Source of the DNA: Ostreococcus lucimarinus
Taxonomy: Eukaryota
Length of the DNA stretch: 64,000 bases
NCBI GenBank assembly: GCA_000092065.1
Contig: CP000597.1
Strand: one strand, 5' to 3'
Positions within the stretch are counted from its first letter, which is position 1. Every line of letters starts with the position of its first letter. Shown here one piece after another: positions 51,201 through 59,048 of this stretch. The translations under genes were made by a program, and so were the position numbers. The notes under the pieces were generated by a model. The model was not told where the DNA came from. It made no database searches and saw only the letters and a list, made by a program, of their open reading frames with translations.

Positions 51201-51374
51201 CACAAGATCGGCGCCTCCGTCGCCGTGAGTCCGCTCAGCGAGATCAACACCGCCATCACGGCTTTGCGCACGGGCGAATCCCACTTCCGACACGTCCTCG
51301 TCAACGACGTCTCGAGCGGTAGTCAACACCGTCGCATGGCCAGCGCCTTCGGCAGCGGCTTCCCTTCCCGTTAA
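45276..51374 (+). CDS. Intronless 2032-aa megaenzyme: 2x rhodanese-like – PAPS-type sulfotransferase – AMP-binding adenylation – carrier protein – thioester reductase (SDR) – Zn-dependent alcohol dehydrogenase (MDR)
   Basis: Rhodanese folds at about aa 1-290 (IIIVDASW...; second active-site loop reads VAVVGSGGVDAAP, so the catalytic Cys is missing). Sulfotransferase: LIVWAVTRSRGTALERSF (5'-PSB) and VVLIRQPTETIESFY (3'-PB). Adenylation: FSVLTSGTTGVSKILCC (A3), YSTNETG (A5), YPTGDLVRW (A7), VKIRGFKV (A8), GKVVKLDVDRL (A10 Lys). Carrier: FFDYGGSLKFVELAAAL (Ser attachment). Reductase: ILLTGATGFLGAYLLQEL. ADH: GLCGSDDHLIVGDYG...CGHEVVGTVTQVG and ILGLGGLGHMAIKFAKALG. Confidence 0.85.
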   Translation: MEYVDASTLRKLSTSGDIIIVDASWAIANDVERARAAHESERIPNATFYDHDEVCDLSSPLPQAFPPREAFARGVGGGLGATKTRDVAIYAKNGASCAAEACAFAFLEYGHRGRVMVLKGGMEAWKAEGYETEVGAETMRERATVEYDEDGSNGTREGKKSGFVDAKDLLTNLSTQRLQVLDCRQSEVFAGGARDAAYVRIQDRAIQFEGFREGHIPGAKNLPYTRLFDVADENLREIFEGAGLDLSMPVAVVGSGGVDAAPMVASALTRAGCADAVVLKNGMCAWCTAQGSSYPMSIASTSPHASHNEKRLIVWAVTRSRGTALERSFSMHSEAMVMHELLTEPCLKENNPENYAKIVSGQSEHHVASSGCSYATMLEVMTADYSAQGRPFFFSKELSCYFDLKQMKSSWLKRFTHVVLIRQPTETIESFYRVSIEHKEGSCYYDPSEAGFAEAFGIVNALKRINAKVMVVDADADLLSRPEETLQEMCSLANVNFESSMLSWKPAELSTWIKFRGWHDDAARSSEFKAVDKAPMQNVPPELCVDAAKQQPYYDAIGWERKETSKRWPFLRQLTNPTHRFSVVVCASDEGAMDMFPRLAAARLSGVNLYEFKPSEVDQAMNKCPYIFDDPIVLVGAHGPTLHMAEALRERAQKDGTLCIVRIVLVDASAHRVRPEGFEHSWVPEDSLKDQTSMDEVLQSILVDIETAQSKSAKEMADVNALASTTTSAATHWRSGLATALQDARSDKPCVTDATSTYTMKEVYSRAYHVADMLTERGALNSRVGLFVQASAASVWCAMGSLLCESVFCEIPAWYRDTDLERVLRLNESKVIITSRDLVQFVPTAYRDLVVVVEDMEYDVDLSGELHPALTRPDTPDAPGFSVLTSGTTGVSKILCCPQSALTDSQSVIGPHMRGDDVMGSFWVYYYFFIPLLAGRTLSVIPNDFFLKPRELISYVRSQKMTMLYLSPSILESCLLHCTPQEFSEGMQDVHTILLTGERVRRETRMLLAERLTRTRLIDVYSTNETGDLAISDYGGAFFLREGTQARVLTDDGKPAVRGTVGQLHVKKSGLLVGFYTDNGYAKIESEWYPTGDLVRWLGRNRLTFESRQKSAYVKIRGFKVSPVMVQDVMLKMPVIKQAIVSTIGQSDIDQQLVAAISFNNGARAKESELRAHMAAHVPHYMIPSTFYDLGNKVSTATSGKVVKLDVDRLDKITDSNEVQLTTKQNEVVEVWRQVLDQPEKNFAATESFFDYGGSLKFVELAAALSKKWGVSLTVPEVIAKPTLAEMALLMEDYKNAKFEPEVEVAKYDFSEFKRAPKKNTAAGKKNILLTGATGFLGAYLLQELAASDEIDQIYAIVRAKDKFAAQNRVLDVFRKRGLTFTDQITQKTTFMCGDMSMPLYDIPEATLAPVLEVIDVVISGGAEVNMVKSYSALEKVNVGGTFNGLEIASRAGARHVLISTQYPLPGEVSTGYRRSKEVAEMLCERAQKEVGVESAVLLFGDIGISRAVGSLAPDDDYIVIFLRACLATGFFPRTEWAVSILCVDDCVKMLTSISLSGQVDRYAFDGVAREVKGKLMPFSQLYEWLSKEYALQLCSYDGWLNAVKAGAAEGNTILQRALLTIDSMEVELRAEGEHFNSQAASDALFSVDEAWGKNLVGALILELYSELQNDDKDTTIGFAALAQGEDLVPFKYRLPDMTPTSVEVKVEYCGLCGSDDHLIVGDYGEYAVWPQVCGHEVVGTVTQVGTAVTTLKAGQRVGVGWQSSSCHDCEWCARGDEQLCSSVGCTCCEGNKGGFADRMRLNDSQFCYKIPDALSSAEVAPLLCGGQTVWTPLNEQTKSSDRVGILGLGGLGHMAIKFAKALGREVTAISSSASKRADALSHGASRFLVHTNQEEMDAAASSLDFILVTIATNKEVDFAKFFPLLRPRGTICFVGMCPPIQADVFTLGFTMNNITTSNTGGKKDMVQMLEFCARHKIGASVAVSPLSEINTAITALRTGESHFRHVLVNDVSSGSQHRRMASAFGSGFPSR

Positions 51375-51527
51375 ATCGCGTCATCATCGCACACGTTATT
51401 AATCCACACCTATCGCAGCCCATCGCCGCCGCCCTCCGTCGCGAACGCGTCCCGCTGGAAAATCTCCGGCTGCACTCCACAACCGATCGCGCACCTCACA
51501 TCGCGCCTCGCGCGCGCGTTCGCCGCG

Positions 51528-53192
51528 ATGGCGCCCGAGGACGCGCACGCAAACGACCATTCCGCCGCACGTTCGCAATCTGCCGAACGCGCCCGCGCGC
51601 CCGCGAACGCCGCACCCAAACGCACGAAAAGCAACAAAGGACTGAAGCTGATCAACAAACTCGCGCGAGACGCCGTGGACGACGCCGCCGGTGCGCTCAC
51701 GCGCGGGTTCAGCTTCACCAAACAACGGATTACTAAGCAAATGAAGCGCCTGAACGTCGGACGGGCGAGTCGGCGCACGAAACAAATGCGAAGACTGTGG
51801 ACAAAGGTGCACCGCGGCAACCGGTTGGGGACGGCGGACGGCGACGTGCTGACGAATCATCTCGGATTGTGCCTCCAGTTGGCGTTCACGGCGCAAAGTA
51901 GGGGTGCAAGTGGTGACGCTAGCGGTGGTGGTGAGGCGGCGGAGGAAACGGTGAAGCGGGAAGTGTATGCGGTGAAGAAGATGGAGATGGCGAACGGGGA
52001 GCTGCTGCCGAATTTCTCGTACACGGTGGAGGCGCCGAAGAAGTTCGAGGAGTTGAGGTTGTTGTGGGGAATGGATGCGCACTCGTACAGGAGTGCGTTC
52101 GCGATTCCGGATGTAAGGACGGTTTGTGATGACGTACAGACTCAGAACGGCGAGATCCGCGGGAACATGCGCACGGAAACTGGGAAGTTGGAGGCGACGT
52201 CGACGTCGTTGCGGGTGATTTCGCAGGCGCTCGCGAGCGGCAAGTCGAGGAGTTGGTTCTTTTGTAGCGAAGACGGCACACTGCTGGTGAAGACGTGCAA
52301 CGTAGCGGAAAAACGGACGCTACTGAAAATGTTGCCTGAATACACTGAGTACGTGAGAGAAAACAGCACGGTGAGCATGCTGCCGCAATTTTATGGATTG
52401 TACACGATTAAATTCAACGGCACGCGGCCGTTGTCCTTCATCGTAATGAATTATTGGTTCGCGTCGACGAAAATCATTCAGAAGAGGTTTGATCTCAAAG
52501 GTAGCACGTTCGGTCGGCGCGCAAGCGCGCGCGAGCTCGCCAAGGGCTCGGTGTGTATTTATAAAGACAACGATTTTCGCGAGGAGGACGCCGTGCACAC
52601 GCGACATTCGCAAAATATTTGCGACGTATTGAAGAAGGACAGCGAGTTTCTTGCCAAGAGAAATCTCATAGACTATTCACTAGTATTCGGCGAGTACCAA
52701 GCGGTGACGCCAACAGATATTTTCGAGGCTAACAAGGCGTTTGAAGAGTTTGAGACGGATCATGCGGATTGGAAGGACCAGCGCGCCGCCGCCGTCGCCG
52801 TCGCCGAATCCGACGAAGGCAAGAGCGACACGAATAGCTTGGCGGACAGCGATGCCGTATCCGAAAAAAGCGAAGAGTTCTTGATGTTGGAAAAAGCCTC
52901 GATGTTCACTCCATTCTTGCACGACGTCGCGCGCTTGAACCAGTTGCGCATGGTGAACAAACCCAAGGGCGCGGTGTTTTGCGGCATCATCGACATCTTG
53001 ACTGAGTGGGGACCGAGGAAGAAGTTGGAGCGATTTTTCACCAGCCAAATTTGCTGCGGTCGGGACGTTTCGTGTCAACGACCCGATGTCTACGCGAAGC
53101 GATTCAGCGCTTTCATGAATCAGAATGTCTTCCTCCCCGCGATTGAGCGCGCAACTGCAGACGACGTCGGGTTCACGCTCGCGGAGCGCTGA
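51528..53192 (+). CDS. Phosphatidylinositol phosphate kinase (PIP5K/PIP4K-type catalytic domain)
   Basis: GKSRSWFFCSEDGTLLVKTCNVAEKRTLLKMLPEYTEYVRENSTVSMLPQFYGLYTIKFNG, FIVMNYWF, IQKRFDLKGSTFGRRAS, KDNDF, DYSLVFGEY, and GIIDILTEW are the canonical PIPK blocks. Confidence 0.75.
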   Translation: MAPEDAHANDHSAARSQSAERARAPANAAPKRTKSNKGLKLINKLARDAVDDAAGALTRGFSFTKQRITKQMKRLNVGRASRRTKQMRRLWTKVHRGNRLGTADGDVLTNHLGLCLQLAFTAQSRGASGDASGGGEAAEETVKREVYAVKKMEMANGELLPNFSYTVEAPKKFEELRLLWGMDAHSYRSAFAIPDVRTVCDDVQTQNGEIRGNMRTETGKLEATSTSLRVISQALASGKSRSWFFCSEDGTLLVKTCNVAEKRTLLKMLPEYTEYVRENSTVSMLPQFYGLYTIKFNGTRPLSFIVMNYWFASTKIIQKRFDLKGSTFGRRASARELAKGSVCIYKDNDFREEDAVHTRHSQNICDVLKKDSEFLAKRNLIDYSLVFGEYQAVTPTDIFEANKAFEEFETDHADWKDQRAAAVAVAESDEGKSDTNSLADSDAVSEKSEEFLMLEKASMFTPFLHDVARLNQLRMVNKPKGAVFCGIIDILTEWGPRKKLERFFTSQICCGRDVSCQRPDVYAKRFSAFMNQNVFLPAIERATADDVGFTLAER

Positions 53193-53856
53193 GAGTAACG
53201 CCATGTTTCGGAAAATCGAACTCGGCATCGTGTGACGACCATACCGCACAACGCCGACCACCCAAAATGCCGAAAGACAATCGCGGCCTAAGCGGCGTTC
53301 GCGCCACGGCCGTCTTCCTACTGCTCCGCGCGTGGTACTGCGAAGCCGCGCGTCCGCTGCGTCCGTACGAAGCGCCGCTGGTCGCGCCTTTCGTCGCGCC
53401 GGAGGCGTTGATCAAATGGCAACCCGCGGAGTGGTCCATCGCGCTCGCCCCGTCGTCCGAAGATCCATACGTTCCATCGACGAACGCCGACGACGCCATC
53501 GTCGCCGAATCACTCGATCTCACCGACGAATCGCTCGATCTCACCGACGTTTCGCGCGTCTCCCACGGCCACGCGGCGCGTCTCTGGCGCGCGTTCGCGA
53601 ATCGCGCCCGCGACGTCTCCATCGAACCCATCGCCGCCGCGGTCGCCATCAAGCGCGAGGGTTGGACCGGCGGCTCGATACAATCTTCCGCTTCGTTCGC
53701 CGTCGTCGACGACGCGCGCGATTGAGCGCGTCGTCTCTTAATACCTCTCCGGCGACGCTTCGTCTTTTAATACCTCAGAAGTGCTTCGTCGCGAACCGTC
53801 ACCGACACTCATCGACGCTTCGTCGCGACGCCGGCGCCGTCTTCGTCGCGATCGGC

Positions 53857-54498
53857 ATGCGGCGTCGCGACAGAGACGTCCCGCGCGACGAGAATCCGCG
53901 GCGCGTCATCGACGCGCACTTCGGACGACGCGACGACGACGACGCGCCGCCGCTCCTGGACTCGAGCGAACAGCGCGACGCGCTCCGCGCCTTCGACGAC
54001 GCGATCGCGACGCATCGACGGCGCGCGAGCGCGCTGCTGGGCGCGAGCGGACTCGCGATCGGCGTGGGATGGTTTTGGGGACGGTGCGCGCTCGGCGCGC
54101 TCGGCGGCGGCGACGTGTGGGCGCGGTGCCCGGCGCACCGAAGCGTGTACGGCGAACGCGCGTCGGCCGAGGCGCTGGTGCTCGCGTGCGACGCGCTCGC
54201 GGGCGGGACGTTCGCGCTGTCCGGGGCGGGATGTTGGCGGTTGCGCGTCGGCGACGACGCCGGCGACGCGGCGGCGAGACGCGCGGGACGCGCGGCGACG
54301 CGTTTGGGCGCCGTCGCGGGGGGGCTGTGGGTCGTCGCGGCGATCGCGGCGTCGTCGTCGAGCGGCGCGACGACGTTGCAGGCGGCGGTACCGGTGGTGT
54401 ACGCGTGGCTGTGCGCGTCGGTGGCGTCGGCGACGGCGGAGCAGACGCGAACGATTCGGCGACTGCGAGCTTCGACGTACGCGCACAAAAAGGTGTGA
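53857..54498 (+). CDS. Hypothetical small multi-pass membrane protein
   Basis: The C-terminal 213 aa of ORF 53332..54498 hold 3-4 hydrophobic helices (LGASGLAIGVGWFWGRCALGALGG, AVAGGLWVVAAIAA, AAVPVVYAWLCASVA). The upstream part is Arg-rich low-complexity. Weak call. Confidence 0.25.
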   Translation: MRRRDRDVPRDENPRRVIDAHFGRRDDDDAPPLLDSSEQRDALRAFDDAIATHRRRASALLGASGLAIGVGWFWGRCALGALGGGDVWARCPAHRSVYGERASAEALVLACDALAGGTFALSGAGCWRLRVGDDAGDAAARRAGRAATRLGAVAGGLWVVAAIAASSSSGATTLQAAVPVVYAWLCASVASATAEQTRTIRRLRASTYAHKKV

Positions 54499-54575
54499 GC
54501 CGGCGGAGCGTGCGCGCGTAGAATGATAGAACGTAGATTGTAGAACGATTGACTAAGTGGTGAGCGTTATCGCGT

Positions 54576-55649
54576 TCACGCGAACCCGCCGCCGGGGTTG
54601 GAGAGCAAGCGTTCGACGGCGGCGTGGACGTTGCCGCCCGTCGCCTGCAAGGCGCGAATGTTTTCCTCTTGCGAGAAAAATCCCATGTCGTTCAATTGCG
54701 AGAGTTGCGAAGCGTACACTTCTTCGGGTGGACCCGCCGGTGCGACGGGAGGCGCGAACATCGATCCCCCGAGACCGCCGCCCAATCCACCGCCCGGCAT
54801 CGCGTCGCCGAACAACTGTTGCATTTGCGCCATCGCGCGCAAATTTTCAGGATTCATCATTTGGCGAAGAAATTCCGGATTGGAGAGCGTCTCGCGCATT
54901 TGCGGGTTCGCCTCCATCATTTGACGCGCCTGGGGGTGCATGTTCAGCATGGACTCTAGCATTTGCGGGTTCGACATCACGCTATCCATCGCCGCGCGCA
55001 TTTGCGGATTTTGCATCATCTCCGCCATTTGCTCAATCTGCGAAGCCCCAGCGCCGCCGCCGATACCGCCCATGGAAAATCCCCCGCCCGCGGGCGGCAT
55101 CGCGGCGCCGCCGCCGCCCGCGCCGCCGCCCGCGCCGCCCCACGGGTTCGGCAAAGGCTCATCGGGATTCACCGTCCTCGTCGCCGTCGGCGCCGCGGCG
55201 TCCATATCGCGTTCCGCCGCGCGTTCCATCGGCGCTTGCACATCCGTGTACATCCTTCGCAGCGCGTTAAATCCACCCGGCATCATTTCAATGTTCGACA
55301 TCGCGCGATCGTTATTCCGCATCTGTTCCGCCATCAAAGACGGATTCGTCATCGTATTCATCATCCGCCTCAACGTCTCCGGATCCGTCAACGCGCTCGC
55401 GAGTTCCGGATTCGCCGCCATCGCCTCCCGCATCCCGGGCTGACTCTCCATCATCTCCCTCAACGTCTCCGGCCGCTCGCTCAACAGCGCCTCCATCTGC
55501 GACCGCACGAATGGATTATTCATCAAATCGAGCGCCCCCGAACCGCCGAGCGCCGCGCCGCCGCCGCCGAATCCCCCGAACGGCGCGTCGCTCGCCGTCG
55601 CCGTCCCTCGACCGCCGATCGCCGTCGCCGCCGTCGCCGCCGCGGTCGC

Positions 55650-55700
<51 letters not shown>

Positions 55701-55946
55701 CGTCACGACGTGCACCACGCTCTCGTTCGCGCATCCGCACGCCGCCAGCGTCGCCTCGTCCCTGAGCACGCGCCCCTTAAAGATCAACCGCACGTTCGCG
55801 CTCGCGTCGATCGTCGCGTCGCTCTCGGCGAGTCGCGCGGCGACGCGCGCGCGCGCGTCGCGCACGGTGAGCGTCGTCGCGTCGACGTCCTCGAGCGTGA
55901 TTTTCGCGCCGTTCGCGCGCTTGAAGTGGAGCGCGATCGTCGACAT
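54576..55946 (-). CDS. Ubiquilin (UBL – STI1 repeats – UBA)
   Basis: N-terminal ubiquitin-like fold (ITLEDVDATTLTVRDARARVAA...RLIFKGRVLRDEATL), then poly-Thr/Ala encoded by (ACG/GCG)n. Methionine-rich STI1 repeats follow (NPQMRAAMDSVMSNPQMLESMLNMHPQARQMMEANPQMRE). C-terminal UBA: EEVYASQLSQLNDMGFFSQEENIRALQATGGNVHAAVERLL. Confidence 0.8.
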
Positions 55947-56588
55947 GAGGCGCGGTCGAGCGCGTCGCGGTCGCGTCGACGCGTGCGCGCGTCGCGGTGC
56001 GCGGCGACGGCGACGCGCGCGCGCGCGACGCGACGGGGCGATGCGCGGGGTCCTACAGGCAAACAGTGAGAATGCAAATACGAGTCCAGTGGGCTTCGTA
56101 GAGTAATGATGGTGCGAACTCGAGATATAGATACACGGTGTTTGACTTTGATGGTATACGTGTCGAATGTCCGGTAACGTGTGTTTATGTTATCGCGCGC
56201 GCGCGCGACGACGCGCGCCGTCGGCGCGGTAAATCGCGACGCTCGGCGCGCGACGACGGACGACGGACGACGGCGATGTCGATCACCGCGCTCACGAACA
56301 CGGTACGCATCGATTCGCGCGACGCGGCGAGCGAACGGCGCGCGCGTCGCGACGCGCGGACGCGACGCCGCGCGACGTCGCGCGTTACCCTAGGGCTTCG
56401 CGACGACGCGATGACGACGGCGCGCGGCGCGGACGCGGCGCGCGGAAGGGCGGCGCGGGACGCGCGCGCGGCGGGAAAAATTATTGCGGACGCGGCGACG
56501 GGCGATGGGCGACGGCGACGGCGAATCGAGGACGCGCGAGAGGCTGGAACGCACGACTGACGACTGAGGGTACGGCGACGCGACGCAG

Positions 56589-57433
56589 GTGTCCGCGCTC
56601 TCGTTGAGCTCGCGTGGGAACGCTCGCGGGACGTTCCGGGTGCGCGCGGTGCGACCGACGAAGAGTTTCTCTTCGGCGGTCGTCGCGTCGGATGATGAAC
56701 GATTGCGATTGCACAACTTGAGCCCGCTCAAGGGGTCGCGTCGCGAGAAGAAGCGCATCGGTCGCGGTTACGGCGCGGGTCAAGGTGGCTCTTGCGGCGA
56801 CGGGTAAGTGGTTTTTTTGTTTTTGTGCGCGCGCTGAATCGCGCGCGCGACCTCGTTCGGACATCGCGAGACAACAGTGGATTGTTTTTGCGTGCGCGAC
56901 CTGTCGGGCAAACGCGGAACATCGCGGGACAACTGTGGTTTTTTTGTGCGCGCGACCTCGTCCTGACATCGCGAGACTGACGTACGCCCAAAATCCGGGA
57001 ACTTAGCATGCGCGGTCAACGCGCAAGGAGCGGCCCTGGCGTGCGCCCCGGCTTTGAGGGCGGGCAAACACCCATGTACCGCCGCTTCCCCAAACTCAAG
57101 GGCATCGCCGGCGGCATGGGCGCCGGCAAACCGAAGTTTGTCACTGTGAACGTCGGCGACCTCGAGGCGGCCGTCCAAGCGAAGAAACTCGACGCGAGCG
57201 CCGAGATCACGATCGAAGCGCTCAAGAGCGCCGGCGTGATCAAAGCGACTGGCTACTACAGAAACTTGCCGTTGAAGGTTTTGGGTGAGGGCGAGGTGTC
57301 GGGCTTGAAGGTGAAGGCGGCCTCCTTTTCTCAAAGCGCCTCGGAGAAGCTCACCGCGGCTGGCGGTGCGGCGGAAGTTTTGCCGGCGAAGGAAAAGTGG
57401 AGTCGTCAGGCTGCCGCCGCGGCCAAGGCGTAA
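56589..57433 (+). CDS. rplO: Organellar (bacterial-type) ribosomal protein uL15, join(56589..56805,57007..57433)
   Basis: Exon 1: transit-peptide-like [23 protein letters not shown], then [34 protein letters not shown]. Exon 2: (M)[28 protein letters not shown]. Together they match the bacterial uL15 N-terminus (L..L.P..GS.K..KRVGRG.GSG.GKT.GRG.KGQKSRSG..VR.GFEGGQ.PLYRR.PK). The intron runs from GTAAGT at 56806 to a TAG acceptor at 57006. Confidence 0.75.
56810..56995. repeat. Degenerate tandem repeats (~55-60 bp) inside the uL15 intron
   Basis: Three copies of TTTTTGTGCGCGCGACCTCGTYCKGACATCGCGAGAC-like units. Confidence 0.5.
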
Positions 57434-57537
57434 ACGTCTTCGTACGTTTCGTCGAGGTCGAACAATCATTCATCCTGTAGAACTGAGTCGGGCTTAACCC
57501 GCGCGCATTCAATTACAACAACCTAAAAATATCTCAA

Positions 57538-58077
57538 CTACCGACCGTCCAAAACGCTCGCGTCCACGCCGTCGAGGTTCATCTTATTGCGCACCGCCTG
57601 CGCGGGCACGCCCATCTTCAGCATCTTGAAGTAAATGGAGTACTTCGGATCGCTCGCGCGCGCGTTCGTCTCCGGCGTCGCCGCCGTCGCCGCCTCCGCC
57701 GTCGCCGCCTCCGCCGTCGCCGTCGCCGCCGTCGCCGCCGCCGCCGTCGCCGTCGCCGCCTCCGCCGTCGCCGCGTCCGCCGCGTCCGCCGCGTCCGCGC
57801 CCCGACCGTCGTCCTCGCGCGTCGCCGCCTCCGCCGTCGTCGTCGTCGTCGTCGCCGTCCCCGCCTCGAGCGCGCGCTCCAACAGCGCCGTCCTCGCCTC
57901 CGCCTCTCGCAGCGCGCGCGCCGCCGCGCCCAGCTTCGCCTCCGCGCTCGCGCACAGCGCGTCGAGCGTCGTCGCCGTCCGCGCCGCCCGCGCGTTCAGC
58001 GCGCTCGCCATCGCCTGGTCGTTCGCCGCGGGCAAGCGCGCGCGAAGTCTCGCCAGCGCGTCGCCCATGCGTCGGTC
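57538..58077 (-). CDS. WASH complex subunit 3 (CCDC53)-like small coiled-coil protein
   Basis: N-terminal coiled coil. C-terminal SDPKYSIYFKMLKMGVPAQAVRNKMNLDGVDASVLD resembles the conserved CCDC53 C-terminal box (KYFKMLKMGVP..AV..KM). An internal Ala/Thr-rich tract is encoded by (GCG/ACG)n. Start assigned to MGDALARL. Confidence 0.35.
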   Translation of the reverse strand, partial: DRRMGDALARLRARLPAANDQAMASALNARAARTATTLDALCASAEAKLGAAARALREAEARTALLERALEAGTATTTTTTAEAATREDDGRGADAADAADAATAEAATATAAAATAATATAEAATAEAATAATPETNARASDPKYSIYFKMLKMGVPAQAVRNKMNLDGVDASVLDGR

Positions 58078-58132
58078 GTCGCGCGCGCGTCGCGACGTGC
58101 GGACGACGCGCGCGTTCGAATTCAAACGCGCG

Positions 58133-58195
58133 CGGCATCGCTCGACGCGCGCGGCATCGCTCGACGCGCGCGGCATCGCTCGACGCGCCGTCTTC
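58133..58195. repeat. 21-bp tandem repeat x3 (gcgcgcggcatcgctcgacgc) in the divergent promoter between the WASHC3-like and Nse2-like genes
   Basis: Three perfect or near-perfect adjacent copies lie between the two divergent start codons (58077 minus, 58238 plus). Confidence 0.7.
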
Positions 58196-58237
58196 GCGCC
58201 GACGCGCGCGTCGGCGGGCGCCATAATACACGTCGCG

Positions 58238-58930
58238 ATGTCGGCGTCGCCGCGATTGAGCGCGGTGCGGCTCGCGGCGAGCGTCGAGGCGCGCATCGAC
58301 GAGACGCGCGAATCGATCGAACACGTGCGAATCGCGTGCGAAGCGGCGACGGAGGCGGCGCGGATCGCCGAACGGGACGCGAGAGGGTCGTCGAAGGCGC
58401 TGCGAGCGAAGGTGGAGGCGCTGTGCGAGCTGAAGCGGGAGAAGCTGGCGCGGGTGGACGCGCTGGAGGCGCTGCGGCGAGAGTACGAGTGCGCGGCGAC
58501 GACGGAGTTTAATTTTGAGGAATACCTGACGAAGAAGACGAAACATTACGCGAGTAAGCGTCGACAAGAGTTGGAATACTTGATAGCGTTCGATGAGGCG
58601 GTGCGGGGGGTGGATGGGGACGATTTGGACGCGGATTTGGTGTTGGACGAAGAAGACGGGACGGCGGGGGCGAGAAACGCGAAGTGTCCGCTGACGGCGA
58701 AACGGATCGAGGCGATCGATGAGCCGGTGGAGGATAAGATGGGATTCATCTACGAGAAGGACGCGATCATGAGGTACATCGGGTCGAAAAAATCGGTGGA
58801 TTGCCCAGAGGCGGGGACGAGGCACAAGGTGAGTAAGGCGGATCTCAAGCCTTCGCGGACGGCGCTCAAGATGAAACAAAGAGCCGAGGGACTGGACGAG
58901 GACGATTCCGGGCAGTTACTGTCGCCGTGA
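58238..58930 (+). CDS. SP-RING (zf-Nse) E3 SUMO ligase Nse2/Mms21-like
   Basis: C-terminal KCPLTAKRIEAIDEPVEDKMGFIYEKDAIMRYIGSKKSVDCPEAGTRHKVSKADLKP follows the Nse2 SP-RING pattern (CPLT...P...C.H.FEKDAI..........CP..GC). A helical N-terminal region matches the Nse2 architecture. The track ORF upstream of 58238 is Ala/Val low-complexity. Confidence 0.55.
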   Translation: MSASPRLSAVRLAASVEARIDETRESIEHVRIACEAATEAARIAERDARGSSKALRAKVEALCELKREKLARVDALEALRREYECAATTEFNFEEYLTKKTKHYASKRRQELEYLIAFDEAVRGVDGDDLDADLVLDEEDGTAGARNAKCPLTAKRIEAIDEPVEDKMGFIYEKDAIMRYIGSKKSVDCPEAGTRHKVSKADLKPSRTALKMKQRAEGLDEDDSGQLLSP

Positions 58931-59048
58931 GCGAGCGCGCGAGCGAGCGAGCACGAAACGATGTACGACCGATCGCGCGACCACATAGGAGAGGAAAAAT
59001 ATGTTATTAGATGTGATTATTACCGAGAACAGAAAAATTCACGCCCCA

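Noticed and set aside
45276-51374. Polyketide synthase interpretation of the megaenzyme
   Set aside because: No ketosynthase (no TACSSS/HGTGT) and no acyltransferase (no GHSxG) signatures. The AMP-binding + carrier + reductase layout is NRPS-like/CAR-like.
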